Below are positions 28,854 through 37,216 of a stretch of 64,000 nucleotides of DNA, in pieces. Every line of letters begins with the position of its first letter. Positions within the stretch are counted from its first letter, which is position 1. Location: assembly GCA_017616435.1 (NCBI GenBank), contig JAFZYC010000050.1, positions 10,514 through 74,513 on the forward strand, read 5' to 3'. Under the pieces are notes generated by a model. That model saw only the letters and a list, made by a program, of their open reading frames with translations, had not been told where the DNA came from and did not search any database. The position numbers were made by a program, and so were the translations under genes. This DNA comes from Clostridia bacterium (GTDB lineage: Bacteria > Bacillota > Clostridia > Christensenellales > CAG-138).

Positions 28854-28871
28854 CGATGTGTGTTTTTCTTA

Positions 28872-29828
28872 TTATTCGGCTGTGGGGGCGTCCGCGATCT
28901 CGATGGTGCCCGTCCACTCGACCATCTTGGGGATCATCTTCTCCGCGTCCTCCGTGAGACAGTAGATCTCCGTAAGGTAGTAGGTATCGTTCTTGAGCAC
29001 AAGGGATATCACGTGCGAATAGCCGTTCTCCTCCAGCTCTATGTACTTGACGCCGTTGGATGCGGTCTTGATATCGGAGGGCTCGATATAGTACAGGCCG
29101 TAAAGGCAATCCTCCGCGGATGAGAAATCCCATCCGTAGGCGAGCTTGGCCCTTCTGACGGTGATCTTTTCGGCATAGGCGTAGGCGGTCTCGCTGCCGG
29201 CGGCGAATATGAGGTCGAAGCCGTCGTCCGCAAAGCCTTCCGTATCGTTATCCTCCTTGAAGTCGCGGGTGAGGGTAATGGAGTATTCGTCCTTCTTGAA
29301 CGCCTTGTCCATGTTCTGCTCCACCTTCTTGACGCCCTTGGTGAAGAGCAGGCTGAGCACTATCGCGAGCGCCCACGTCGCGACCATGAGCACGACGCCG
29401 AGCACGGTCTTTTTCTTGTTGTCGAGGTTCTTGTTGAGCGCTACCGCGCTGCCCGCCGCCGCGCCGCCTATCGCGCAGAACACGGGGATGAGGCCGCCGA
29501 GCAGAGCCGCGCACAGGGATATCATCACGAACACCCAGTTGGCCTTCGACATCTTGGGCAGGGGCTCGTATGCGTTCCCGCTGTCAAGATACACGCCGTC
29601 ATAGGCGAGGTCGGTAAAGCCCTTCTTGGAGACGATGCGGATATCGTGCCCGCCGCCCCTTAATATGGGCTGATCTATGCCCTCATAGGCGGAACGCGTA
29701 AGATCGAGCGCCGCGGGGCTGCCGTCGATAAGGAGCTTTGCGGGCTTGAAGGCCGTCCTCTCGTAAAACTCGACGACGTGGTCGCCGTCGGCCGTCGCGA
29801 CGGTCCATGATTTATACAGTCTTTCCAT
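28872..29828 (-). CDS. hypothetical membrane protein (soluble N-domain, 2 central TM, soluble C-domain)
   Basis: 318-aa ORF with protein-like composition. Has its own TTGAAA-N16-TATAAT promoter and a strong terminator. No family recognised. Confidence 0.55.
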   Translation of the reverse strand: MERLYKSWTVATADGDHVVEFYERTAFKPAKLLIDGSPAALDLTRSAYEGIDQPILRGGGHDIRIVSKKGFTDLAYDGVYLDSGNAYEPLPKMSKANWVFVMISLCAALLGGLIPVFCAIGGAAAGSAVALNKNLDNKKKTVLGVVLMVATWALAIVLSLLFTKGVKKVEQNMDKAFKKDEYSITLTRDFKEDNDTEGFADDGFDLIFAAGSETAYAYAEKITVRRAKLAYGWDFSSAEDCLYGLYYIEPSDIKTASNGVKYIELEENGYSHVISLVLKNDTYYLTEIYCLTEDAEKMIPKMVEWTGTIEIADAPTAE

Positions 29829-29862
29829 TGTTTCCTCCGGGTCCTTTTATGCTTATGGCATT

Positions 29863-29890
29863 ATTATACAGGCTTTTTGCCTGTTTTCAA
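29863..29890 (-). promoter_or_regulatory. sigma-A type promoter of gene 28872-29828
   Basis: Minus strand TTGAAA-N16-TATAAT. Confidence 0.6.
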
Positions 29891-30135
29891 CGGTATTCGG
29901 CAAATATAATCGGGACTTTACACGGATTTTACATAAAATCTTACAAAAATCGGGAACCTTTCGGGCTTCTCGCGCGTTATATAAGCGACGGAGGAAATAA
30001 GAAGCCTCCGGCGCCCGCGCGGGACCGGTCATCCCGCCATGGCGAAAGCAGGTTTTCTTCCTTTCTGAAAAAGCAAAACGCGGCTCTGTCCGCAGCCCGC
30101 CTCAGGCGGGAGATCGGAAACGGCATGACGACATA

Positions 30136-31305
30136 TCATGCCGCTTCTTTTTTTGCCTCCCGCCTGCCGCCGAGCCTCGCCTCCGTCCATTCACCGAAAA
30201 GGCGGTACGCGACCGCAGCGGTCGGGACTGCGATAACGAGCCCCGGTATGCCGAACAGCGCTCCTCCCGCGGCGACGGAGGCTATTACGAGTATCCCCGG
30301 CACGCCTACCGCGTCCCCCACTATGCGCGGGTATACGAGGTTGTCGTCGACGAGCTGTATCGCGACTATCATCAGCACGAACCACAGCGCGAGGGCCGGC
30401 TCATCCTGCCTTGCCATGAGTATTATTATCGCGGAAGGCACGGTGCTCGCCCACGGACCGATGACGGGTATGAGCGCCGCGACGCAGATAAATACCGATA
30501 TGAGCTCCGGATACGGCATGGAGGATATCCTCATTCCGATATAGCACAGCACACCGATAATGAGGCAGCTCGCGGCCTGACCCGTTAGATACCTGCGGAA
30601 CGTCTCCGCCGCGATGCCGAAGCTGTGCAGGAACCCGTCTATGCGCTTTTCGGGGAGCGCCGCCATCGCCGCCCTTTTGAAGAACCGGAGCATTTTTTCC
30701 TTGTTGATCACGGCGTGCACGCTTATCGCGACCGTGATGAAAAGGCGGAATACGCCGCTTATCGCGCTCATCGTGAAACCCGGGAGCTTCGGCACGAGCT
30801 CCTCCGCAAGGCCTTTCGCGCGGGAAACGGCGGAATCCGCCGCTCCGGAGAGCATATCGCACACCTCCGGGGAAAGCTCCAGTTTTTCCGTCATGCCGTC
30901 CATCCGCTCCGAGACCGCGGCGATATAGTCCCCGAGGTTCGAGGCGAGCAGGCGCAGGCTCTCGAGCGCCTTTGGCACGACGAGCGAGGCGACGAGGCAT
31001 ACCGCTCCCGCCGCCGCGGCATAGGATATCGCCGCCGCTATCGCCCGCACGAGCTTTTTGCGCCGCGCGCGGAGCTTTCCAAGCGGCTTCCTTTCGATAA
31101 AGCTCGTCGGGATATCCGCCGCGAAAGCGAGCGCCAGCCCCCAGAGTATCGGTCTTACGGCGCGAAACAGCGCCCCCGCCGCCCTTCTGACCGGCGCCGG
31201 GTCGTCAAGCACGCGATATAAAACGATCGCCGCGAAAACAACGACGGCGACGCACGCTATCCGCTTCTTCTCCTTTGATATCGCTCCCACGAAAACTCCC
31301 TTCAT
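30136..31305 (-). CDS. AI-2E family transporter (PerM/YhhT-like)
   Basis: 8-TM protein with the C-terminal family motif VAIQLVDDNLVYPRIVGDAVGVPGILVIASV. Confidence 0.85.
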   Translation of the reverse strand: MKGVFVGAISKEKKRIACVAVVVFAAIVLYRVLDDPAPVRRAAGALFRAVRPILWGLALAFAADIPTSFIERKPLGKLRARRKKLVRAIAAAISYAAAAGAVCLVASLVVPKALESLRLLASNLGDYIAAVSERMDGMTEKLELSPEVCDMLSGAADSAVSRAKGLAEELVPKLPGFTMSAISGVFRLFITVAISVHAVINKEKMLRFFKRAAMAALPEKRIDGFLHSFGIAAETFRRYLTGQAASCLIIGVLCYIGMRISSMPYPELISVFICVAALIPVIGPWASTVPSAIIILMARQDEPALALWFVLMIVAIQLVDDNLVYPRIVGDAVGVPGILVIASVAAGGALFGIPGLVIAVPTAAVAYRLFGEWTEARLGGRREAKKEAA

Positions 31306-31342
31306 TCAGTATTCTGTTCCCGCGGGGCGTGTTTATTCCAAA

Positions 31343-31372
31343 TAAAAAAAGCGGCTGTGCCGCTTTGATTTT
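31343..31372. terminator. intrinsic terminator (udk / AI-2E junction)
   Basis: aaaaaaagcggc-tgt-gccgctttgatttt. Confidence 0.6.
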
Positions 31373-31381
31373 CCTGTTAAT

Positions 31382-32005
31382 TTATTTGCCTCTGCGCTCA
31401 GCCCAGAGTTCGACGGTGATGTAGGCGCTTATCGCGTCTATCGCGCGCTGGTTCTTCCCGCCGTGCATTACGGCGAAATCCGCCTTCCTTATGTATTTCG
31501 ATATGACCTCGTCATACCAGGGCTTAACCGTCTTGCAGTACTGCCGCGCGACGCCCTCTATCTCCCTGCCGCGCTCCTGCGTGTCGCGGAGCATGCGGCG
31601 CAGAAGGCACATATCGGGATCGACGTGCATATAGACCTTCAGGCTCATTCGGTCCATGAGCTCCCGGTTGTAGAAGACGTGTATGCCCTCCAGTATCACG
31701 ACGTCCGGCGGCTGTATGAGCTCGTCGCTGTCGGCCCTGACGTGATTGGCGTAGTCATAGCCCTTTTTCGTTATGGGCTGCCCCGCGGAGAGCAGGTTCA
31801 TATCCGCTATGAGCTCGTCGTAATCGAATATCTCGGGATCGTCGTAATCGGTCGTGACCCTGTCCTCGAAGGGCTTATAGCTCTGATCCTTGTAATAGCA
31901 GTCCTGCCCTATTATGACCGTGTCACAGTCGAGGGAGTTCTTTATCTCCTTCGCGAGGGTCGATTTGCCGCTGCCGGAGGCGCCGCAGATGCCAATTATG
32001 ATCAT
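31382..32005 (-). CDS. udk: uridine kinase
   Basis: P-loop ICGASGSGKSTLA. 207 aa with typical Udk motifs (DSLKVYMHVDPDMCLLRRMLRD-like). Confidence 0.95.
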   Translation of the reverse strand: MIIIGICGASGSGKSTLAKEIKNSLDCDTVIIGQDCYYKDQSYKPFEDRVTTDYDDPEIFDYDELIADMNLLSAGQPITKKGYDYANHVRADSDELIQPPDVVILEGIHVFYNRELMDRMSLKVYMHVDPDMCLLRRMLRDTQERGREIEGVARQYCKTVKPWYDEVISKYIRKADFAVMHGGKNQRAIDAISAYITVELWAERRGK

Positions 32006-32071
32006 ATCGATTCACCCCGCCCCTTGTAGGGCGCCCTTTCGTTTATCTGCTTATTTCAGACGGCCTTGCCG

Positions 32072-32578
32072 TTAATTCTCCGTTTTCCCGAGCCTGAGGA
32101 GCCTTTGCCTTATCCTGCCCGCGAAGTTCTGTATTTTGAACGCCGCATCGCGGTGGCGGTATGTTGCGACCATCCAAAGCGAATAGAGCCTGTACGTCAG
32201 CGACCTTACCGACCGCTTTTTGCCGCGGCTCTCGTACCCCGCGACGACGCCGATTATATCCCCGCGCGCGGCGGGCGGATCGCAGACCTTCCTTTTGTCT
32301 CCGCAGAAGATGTAGTCCTCCCCGTTCCTGGCGACGAGGCGGTGGAGCACATATCTCCTCTCCCCCTTGTACTCCGAAGCGAAAAGCGCGACCGCGCCTC
32401 TTCCGATCCGCTTGGGGGGCTTGATGAGGGTGACCGTATCGCCCTCCTCCCGGAGCATCGGGAGCATGCTCTCCCCCCGCGGGGAAAAGCTGACCGTTCC
32501 GCCCGCAGCGAGCTTTTCGGTCAAAAGCCCCTCCATTTCGGAGAGAGCGGTATGGATCTTTCTCGCAGATTCATCCAT
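32072..32578 (-). CDS. S24/S26-family serine peptidase-like protein, no signal peptide
   Basis: GESMLPML matches the Ser-nucleophile motif of LexA/signal-peptidase folds, with a downstream Lys candidate (CGDKRK). No N-terminal TM. Third gene of the coupled trio. Confidence 0.65.
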   Translation of the reverse strand: MDESARKIHTALSEMEGLLTEKLAAGGTVSFSPRGESMLPMLREEGDTVTLIKPPKRIGRGAVALFASEYKGERRYVLHRLVARNGEDYIFCGDKRKVCDPPAARGDIIGVVAGYESRGKKRSVRSLTYRLYSLWMVATYRHRDAAFKIQNFAGRIRQRLLRLGKTEN

Positions 32579-32590
32579 TCCGGGACGGGA

Positions 32591-32854
32591 TCAGGCCAGC
32601 AGGCCTTCCTTTTCGAGCTTGGCAAGGAACCTTTCGATGCCCGCCTTCGCCCTTTCCTCGTCGACGTCGTATTCCGAGAGCATGGCGGAAAGCAGCTCCT
32701 CCTTATCGGTCTCCTTTTCGAGGAGCTTCCAAAGGAACGCCGCGGTCTCGTTGAGCGTTATCATGCCGTTGAAATCAACGGACGCTTCGCCCGCGGGCAC
32801 GACTATCGTCGCGTCCGCGACCTTTCTCAGTACAAAACCTTCCCTGATCTTCAT
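32591..32854 (-). CDS. PqqD-family protein (RiPP recognition element-like)
   Basis: 87 aa. Pattern ...VVPAGEASVDFNGMITLNETAAFLWKLLEKE...ERFLAKLEKEGLL is typical of PqqD/RRE winged-helix proteins. ATGA overlap with the upstream gene. Confidence 0.75.
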   Translation of the reverse strand: MKIREGFVLRKVADATIVVPAGEASVDFNGMITLNETAAFLWKLLEKETDKEELLSAMLSEYDVDEERAKAGIERFLAKLEKEGLLA

Positions 32855-33555
32855 TGATGATACCTCTTGTTATTGATCATGACGCCGGAGCTGAGCCGGG
32901 CGGCAGATATGTCGTTTATGCAGCCCAAACGGTAGATGGGCACTGTTTCCATGAGCTTTTCCGCCGTATCGAGCAGCTCGTCCATGCGGGGCCTGCTTAT
33001 GTGGCGGACGGTCTGGGAGATGAGCTTTATCGCGGCTTCCGCAGCGGGCATGGGTTCTATGCGGTTCTCCTCCGCCCTTTCGATGAAGGCGATGGCGCCG
33101 ATCGGCGCGGATCCGTTGCGGCTCACGTCGTGCTTGCCGCTCCACGGGGTGCCGTAGGCGCGGGCGCCGTCCTCAAGGAGCCTTATCGCGGGCTTGTCGT
33201 CGTTAAGTATGAACGCGTCCGGGAAGAGCTCCAGCCAGTGGGAGGTGTGGGTCGATTTGCCTATCCCGCACGGGCCGGAAAAGAGATACGCCTTTCCTCC
33301 CGTTACCACCGCAGAGGAATGGAGCATCATGCCTCCGCGCTTGATGAGCTCGAAATAGAACTTGAAGCCGGAGAGCATGTACCTTCTGCCGTCGTCGGGG
33401 AGCTTCGAGCGGCCGTCCGCATGGCGGATCTCCTCCTCCGAAACGGATATCACAAACTCCGGCTCGCCCTCGAACACGCGGTATTTTTCCGCGCGGGAAC
33501 GGAACATTTCGCCGCAGTCGACTGCATCGAAAACTATATCAGCGACCCTGTACAA
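32851..33555 (-). CDS. HPr-kinase-C-terminal-like P-loop protein
   Basis: HSSAVVTGGKAYLFSGPCGIGKSTHT resembles the HprK C-domain Walker A region. AGGAGG sits 8 nt before the TTG at 33555. The ATG at 33714 has no RBS and overlaps the divergent promoter. Confidence 0.65.
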   Translation of the reverse strand: MYRVADIVFDAVDCGEMFRSRAEKYRVFEGEPEFVISVSEEEIRHADGRSKLPDDGRRYMLSGFKFYFELIKRGGMMLHSSAVVTGGKAYLFSGPCGIGKSTHTSHWLELFPDAFILNDDKPAIRLLEDGARAYGTPWSGKHDVSRNGSAPIGAIAFIERAEENRIEPMPAAEAAIKLISQTVRHISRPRMDELLDTAEKLMETVPIYRLGCINDISAARLSSGVMINNKRYHQ

Positions 33556-33586
33556 GCTCCGCCCCTCCTCTTTCAGACTACCTTGT

Positions 33587-33615
33587 ATTATATCATTTCC
33601 CTGCGCTCCGCACAA
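33587..33615 (-). promoter_or_regulatory. candidate promoter of the HprK-like/PqqD/peptidase operon
   Basis: On the minus strand, TTGTGC-N17-TATAAT lies about 30 nt upstream of the TTG start at 33555. Confidence 0.45.
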
Positions 33616-33673
33616 TAGTTTAATTTTTCCCGCCTTTCGCGGCCGAAAGATGCGATAAAAAGCCGCGGGGGAT

Positions 33674-33702
33674 TTGTAATCCGCTCTCGTATCTGGTATA
33701 AT
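33674..33702 (+). promoter_or_regulatory. sigma-A type promoter of lipoprotein gene 33729
   Basis: TTGTAA-N17-TATAAT with TG at -15/-14. Confidence 0.6.
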
Positions 33703-33728
33703 GATAAAAACCATTTCGGGAGGCCGCC

Positions 33729-34613
33729 TTGAAACAATCCTTGATCATCTGCCGCTCTCTGCTCGCGCTGCTCGCCGCCGCGGCTCTTTTCGCCGCGGGC
33801 TGCCGCGGGAGCTCCGGCCGCACAGACGATCCCGAGCACGGCAGTACCGCTGTGATCGACATACCCGCGGTCACCTCCCCCATAGAGACCGCGGTCACGC
33901 CCGAGCCGACTGCGGCGCCCACCGCGGAGCCCACATCCACGGAGGGAAGGATACTCGCCGGGGCGATATACCCGCTGAACGGCGGCGAGCCCGTAAAGAA
34001 AGGCTGGGAGGGCGAGGATATCGATATCGACGGCGACGGGATTCCTGAGGCGCTGAGGATATTGATGCTCGACGGCGGATACACATTCTGCATCGACGGC
34101 GAAGCGTTCCTGACCGACGGGAACATAATAAGGCTCGCCTCTCTCGACGGTAAGAACATAGTGTTCGTAACAGAGAGGCCGGGCGAGGACGGCTACAACA
34201 TATTCTATCCCGATCCCGACGGCAACCTTTACTGCAGGCTCTTCGCCATCGCACGCAGCGGGAACTCGGCGGATCTTGTCATCCGCTCCTCCTTCGAGGA
34301 ATACATCGAGCACGGCCTTGACATAATGCTGCACAATCCCATGCTCTACTCCGTTTCGGAGGGCGCGGTCCGCGGCATTTACCTCGACATGGACGGCGAC
34401 GGCGAGCGCGACGAGATAGTTTTCGACAGCGAGGTGCTCTCGATAAACGGCAGCGACAACGCGCAGATACTGCTTACCACCATGCCGCGCTTCATCTACG
34501 ATAAGGATCACGGGTGCATAGTGCTTTACGGCTCCGCGGGCGATTACGCGCTTCGCCTGAGGCTCGACCGCGGCGAGCTCGTATCGGATATCAGCTACGC
34601 GACGCTTTTGTAA
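33729..34613 (+). CDS. lipoprotein with Asp-rich Ca-binding-like (FG-GAP/VCBS-like) motifs, hypothetical
   Basis: TTG start with GGGAGG RBS and lipobox ALFAAGC. Motifs DIDIDGDGIPE and DMDGDGERDEIV. Has its own TTGTAA-N17-TATAAT promoter. Confidence 0.6.
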   Translation: MKQSLIICRSLLALLAAAALFAAGCRGSSGRTDDPEHGSTAVIDIPAVTSPIETAVTPEPTAAPTAEPTSTEGRILAGAIYPLNGGEPVKKGWEGEDIDIDGDGIPEALRILMLDGGYTFCIDGEAFLTDGNIIRLASLDGKNIVFVTERPGEDGYNIFYPDPDGNLYCRLFAIARSGNSADLVIRSSFEEYIEHGLDIMLHNPMLYSVSEGAVRGIYLDMDGDGERDEIVFDSEVLSINGSDNAQILLTTMPRFIYDKDHGCIVLYGSAGDYALRLRLDRGELVSDISYATLL

Positions 34614-34625
34614 ATAAGGCATGAT

Positions 34626-34657
34626 AAAAGCGGCTTCCGTCGGAAGCCGCTTTTTTT
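34626..34657. terminator. bidirectional intrinsic terminator
   Basis: aaaagcggcttcc-gtc-ggaagccgcttttttt, between convergent genes. Confidence 0.85.
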
Positions 34658-34659
34658 CT

Positions 34660-35838
34660 TCATTCAGCACGCCATCTGGCGTATATGACGTGATCGCGCA
34701 ACAGGGTTATGGGCGTGTTCTCCGATATCAGGTCGTCGCCCGCGGGATCGAGGCCCCAGCCGAGGAACGTATAGCCCTCCCTTGAAGGCGCAACGGATAT
34801 CACGTCGGCGTAGGTCGTTCCGCGGCCCTCCGCGTCCAGGACGAACGCGAACGCGAGACGCTCGTCGCCCGGCATAACGCCGCCCGCCGCGTCGTAGGTG
34901 ATCTCGATCTCGAGCTTGAGATGGCGCTTCGACACGAGGCGGTAGAACTTGTAATACGCGCCGGAGGAATGGAGCTTGTTGGCGTAGGAAAGGAACTCGT
35001 CCGCGGTGCGGCTCTTGAATATCGCGCGGGGGGATATCTCCTCCACGGTCTCGACTATCGCGGGCGTGCCCGAAGCGTCGAGCTTGATGTCGGTGATTAT
35101 TATGCAGTGCCCGCGGTAGATGGGATTGCCGTGCTCGTCCGTTCCGCTCCTGTTGCAGCAGATCATGGCGTCGCCCGGGCGGAGCTCCTTAAGATCCGAG
35201 TAGGTGTATTTGCTTTCGTGCCCGACCGTGGCGGGGACCTGACGGGATATGTTCCAGTCGACCGCGTCGGAGGTGAACATGTACGTCGTCATGTGTGGTA
35301 TCTGCCATGCGTAGGAGAGGAACGCGGAGCAGTCGGAGCCCAGAAGCGCGCCCCAGTTCGCGTCCTGCGCCGTGGCCGCGCGTGCCGCAAGGTCGAAATC
35401 CGAATTGGGCGTGTTCGCCATTACAAGGAAATTGGCTATGGAATACGCGTACGCGGGCGTTGCGCCGCTGTCGGCGTCTATCCAGCCGATGTACTGCTGT
35501 TTGCCCACGAACTCCGTGGTATTGAAGAGCGCGCTCCTCGAATACGGCATGCTGTTTTCGGCGACACCGGCCTGGTACTTTTTCTGGGAATTGCAGGCGT
35601 AGAAGCTGTACCGGGGCATCCACGTGTTCTCTCCCTCGGGGCTGCCGAGGAAGGCCAAACGCATCGCCCGCTCGACTATTATCCGATCCGCCTCCGACCG
35701 CTCGATCGATACGAGCCCATCCGAGGGCTGCGCGGAAGCGGCGCTTTCCCTGACTGCGGCGCAGGGAACAAGCGCGGCGAGCATCAATGCCGCCGCCGCG
35801 GCCGCTATAGTCCTTTTAAGCGCGCTGCCTATTCCCAC
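34660..35838 (-). CDS. secreted NlpC/P60- or CHAP-like hydrolase with C-terminal Listeria-Bacteroides repeat
   Basis: Signal peptide. Cys motif GSDCSAFLSYAW and His motif RGHCIIITD. C-terminal GYTFLGWGLDP repeat. Confidence 0.6.
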   Translation of the reverse strand: MGIGSALKRTIAAAAAALMLAALVPCAAVRESAASAQPSDGLVSIERSEADRIIVERAMRLAFLGSPEGENTWMPRYSFYACNSQKKYQAGVAENSMPYSRSALFNTTEFVGKQQYIGWIDADSGATPAYAYSIANFLVMANTPNSDFDLAARAATAQDANWGALLGSDCSAFLSYAWQIPHMTTYMFTSDAVDWNISRQVPATVGHESKYTYSDLKELRPGDAMICCNRSGTDEHGNPIYRGHCIIITDIKLDASGTPAIVETVEEISPRAIFKSRTADEFLSYANKLHSSGAYYKFYRLVSKRHLKLEIEITYDAAGGVMPGDERLAFAFVLDAEGRGTTYADVISVAPSREGYTFLGWGLDPAGDDLISENTPITLLRDHVIYARWRAE

Positions 35839-36039
35839 TGTGTTCCCCTTTCCGTGCCGATCGTATCGTTACAGCTGATTTTAGCATTTTTTGACGCTTG
35901 TGTAAATAGCCGCGGGAATAAAAAAGCCCGGCGCATATACCGGCAGAAGCGCGCATATTGACTAATGTACCGGGCGAACAAGCCATGCCTTTATGCTCCG
36001 CCCGGAATACCAAAGCCAATTTTGAGCAGGGGGATCGAT

Positions 36040-37143
36040 ATGTTGAGCAACGGTTTCGGAAGAACGAGCGCGTATATGCGGCGGCGCGCGAAGCGGCGCG
36101 CTTACCCGCGGGGCGCGGCGATGCTCGCGGCGCTGACGCTGGGTTTTTTGCTGGGTCTGGGCTTTTCTCCGCGCGGCGCCGCGAAGAACTATGACCTGCC
36201 GCCGCTTTCGCTGACGCCGGAAAGCTCCCCCGCCCCATCTGAGGATCGTGCTGAAGCTTTGGAAGCGTCTCTTGACGAGGGGCCTGCGGTCAAGCTCCCC
36301 TCCTCCGTCATCACCGTCTCGATCGGCGGAGAGCCCGTGACTATGGAGCTGGAGGAGTACATCGTCGGCGTGGTCGCCGCGGAGATGGACGCCTCCAGCG
36401 AGCCCGCGGCGCTCGAGGCGCAGGCCATTGCCGCAAGGACGTTCACCGCGCTGCACATGGAGGGAAGAGCCTCCTGCAAGAGCGGCTGCACGGTCTGCTC
36501 CGACCCGCACTGCTGCCAGGCTTACATGACGGAGGCGGAGCTTTCGGCGTTCTGGGGCGCGCGGTTCGAAACCAATATTCAAAAGATCCGCTCCGCCGTC
36601 GAGGCGACGCGGGGCGTGGTCGCGACGTACGGCGGAAAGCTCATTAGCGCGCTCTACCACGCCTCGAGCGGTCCCGCGACCGAGAGCAGCGCGGAGGTGT
36701 TCGCCGTGGCGCAGCCGTATCTGGTGTCCGTCGAGAGCTTCGAGGGGGACAGCGAGATGGTCTCCGTGCAGGAGTTCCCGCTCGAGGAGACGATCGATAA
36801 GCTCAACGCCGCTTTCCCGCAGGCGGGGCTTTCCCTGCCCCTTTCCGAGGGCGATTTCGATATCTGGGGCCGGACGAAGAGCGGCAGGGTGCAGCTCATA
36901 CGCATAGGCGGCGCGGTCGTGACGGGCGGGCAGATGCGCATGGCGCTGGGACTCAGGAGCACCGCCTTCGACGTGACGCACGACGGCAGCACGATCTCCT
37001 TCACCTGCACGGGCTACGGGCACGGAGTGGGCATGAGCCAGACCGGCGCCAACGAGATGGCGAAGGACGGCGCCACCTGCCGCGAGATAATCACTCATTT
37101 CTACACGGGAACGGAGCTCGCCGTGCTCGTTTACGGCGGCTGA
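36040..37143 (+). CDS. spoIID: SpoIID/LytB domain protein (stage II sporulation protein D-like)
   Basis: Motifs AQAIAARTFT, CSDPHCCQAY, ALYHASSGPATESS and GHGVGMSQTGA. The upstream ATA-N16-CATATT (35935-35959) resembles a sigma-E type promoter. Confidence 0.88.
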   Translation: MLSNGFGRTSAYMRRRAKRRAYPRGAAMLAALTLGFLLGLGFSPRGAAKNYDLPPLSLTPESSPAPSEDRAEALEASLDEGPAVKLPSSVITVSIGGEPVTMELEEYIVGVVAAEMDASSEPAALEAQAIAARTFTALHMEGRASCKSGCTVCSDPHCCQAYMTEAELSAFWGARFETNIQKIRSAVEATRGVVATYGGKLISALYHASSGPATESSAEVFAVAQPYLVSVESFEGDSEMVSVQEFPLEETIDKLNAAFPQAGLSLPLSEGDFDIWGRTKSGRVQLIRIGGAVVTGGQMRMALGLRSTAFDVTHDGSTISFTCTGYGHGVGMSQTGANEMAKDGATCREIITHFYTGTELAVLVYGG

Positions 37144-37216
37144 GTATTATATTTGTCATTTTCCATTTGCCAAACATCCTCTTTTATGATAAAATAATAG
37201 GGTTATAACAGCTATT

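Noticed and set aside
33556-33714. ATG at 33714 as start of the HprK-like gene (53 extra residues)
   Set aside because: It has no RBS. The codons traverse the AT-rich divergent promoter region. AGGAGG-N8-TTG at 33555 is a much better initiation site. The TTG start is unverified.
33588-34670. 360-aa minus-strand ORF (similarly 35962-37098, 38668-40053, 41176-42492, 34921-35961, 4138-5094, 27221-28723 and 23037-24119)
   Set aside because: Each lies opposite a gene with a signal peptide, RBS or strong family motifs, and shows the R/H/G/A-rich antisense signature.
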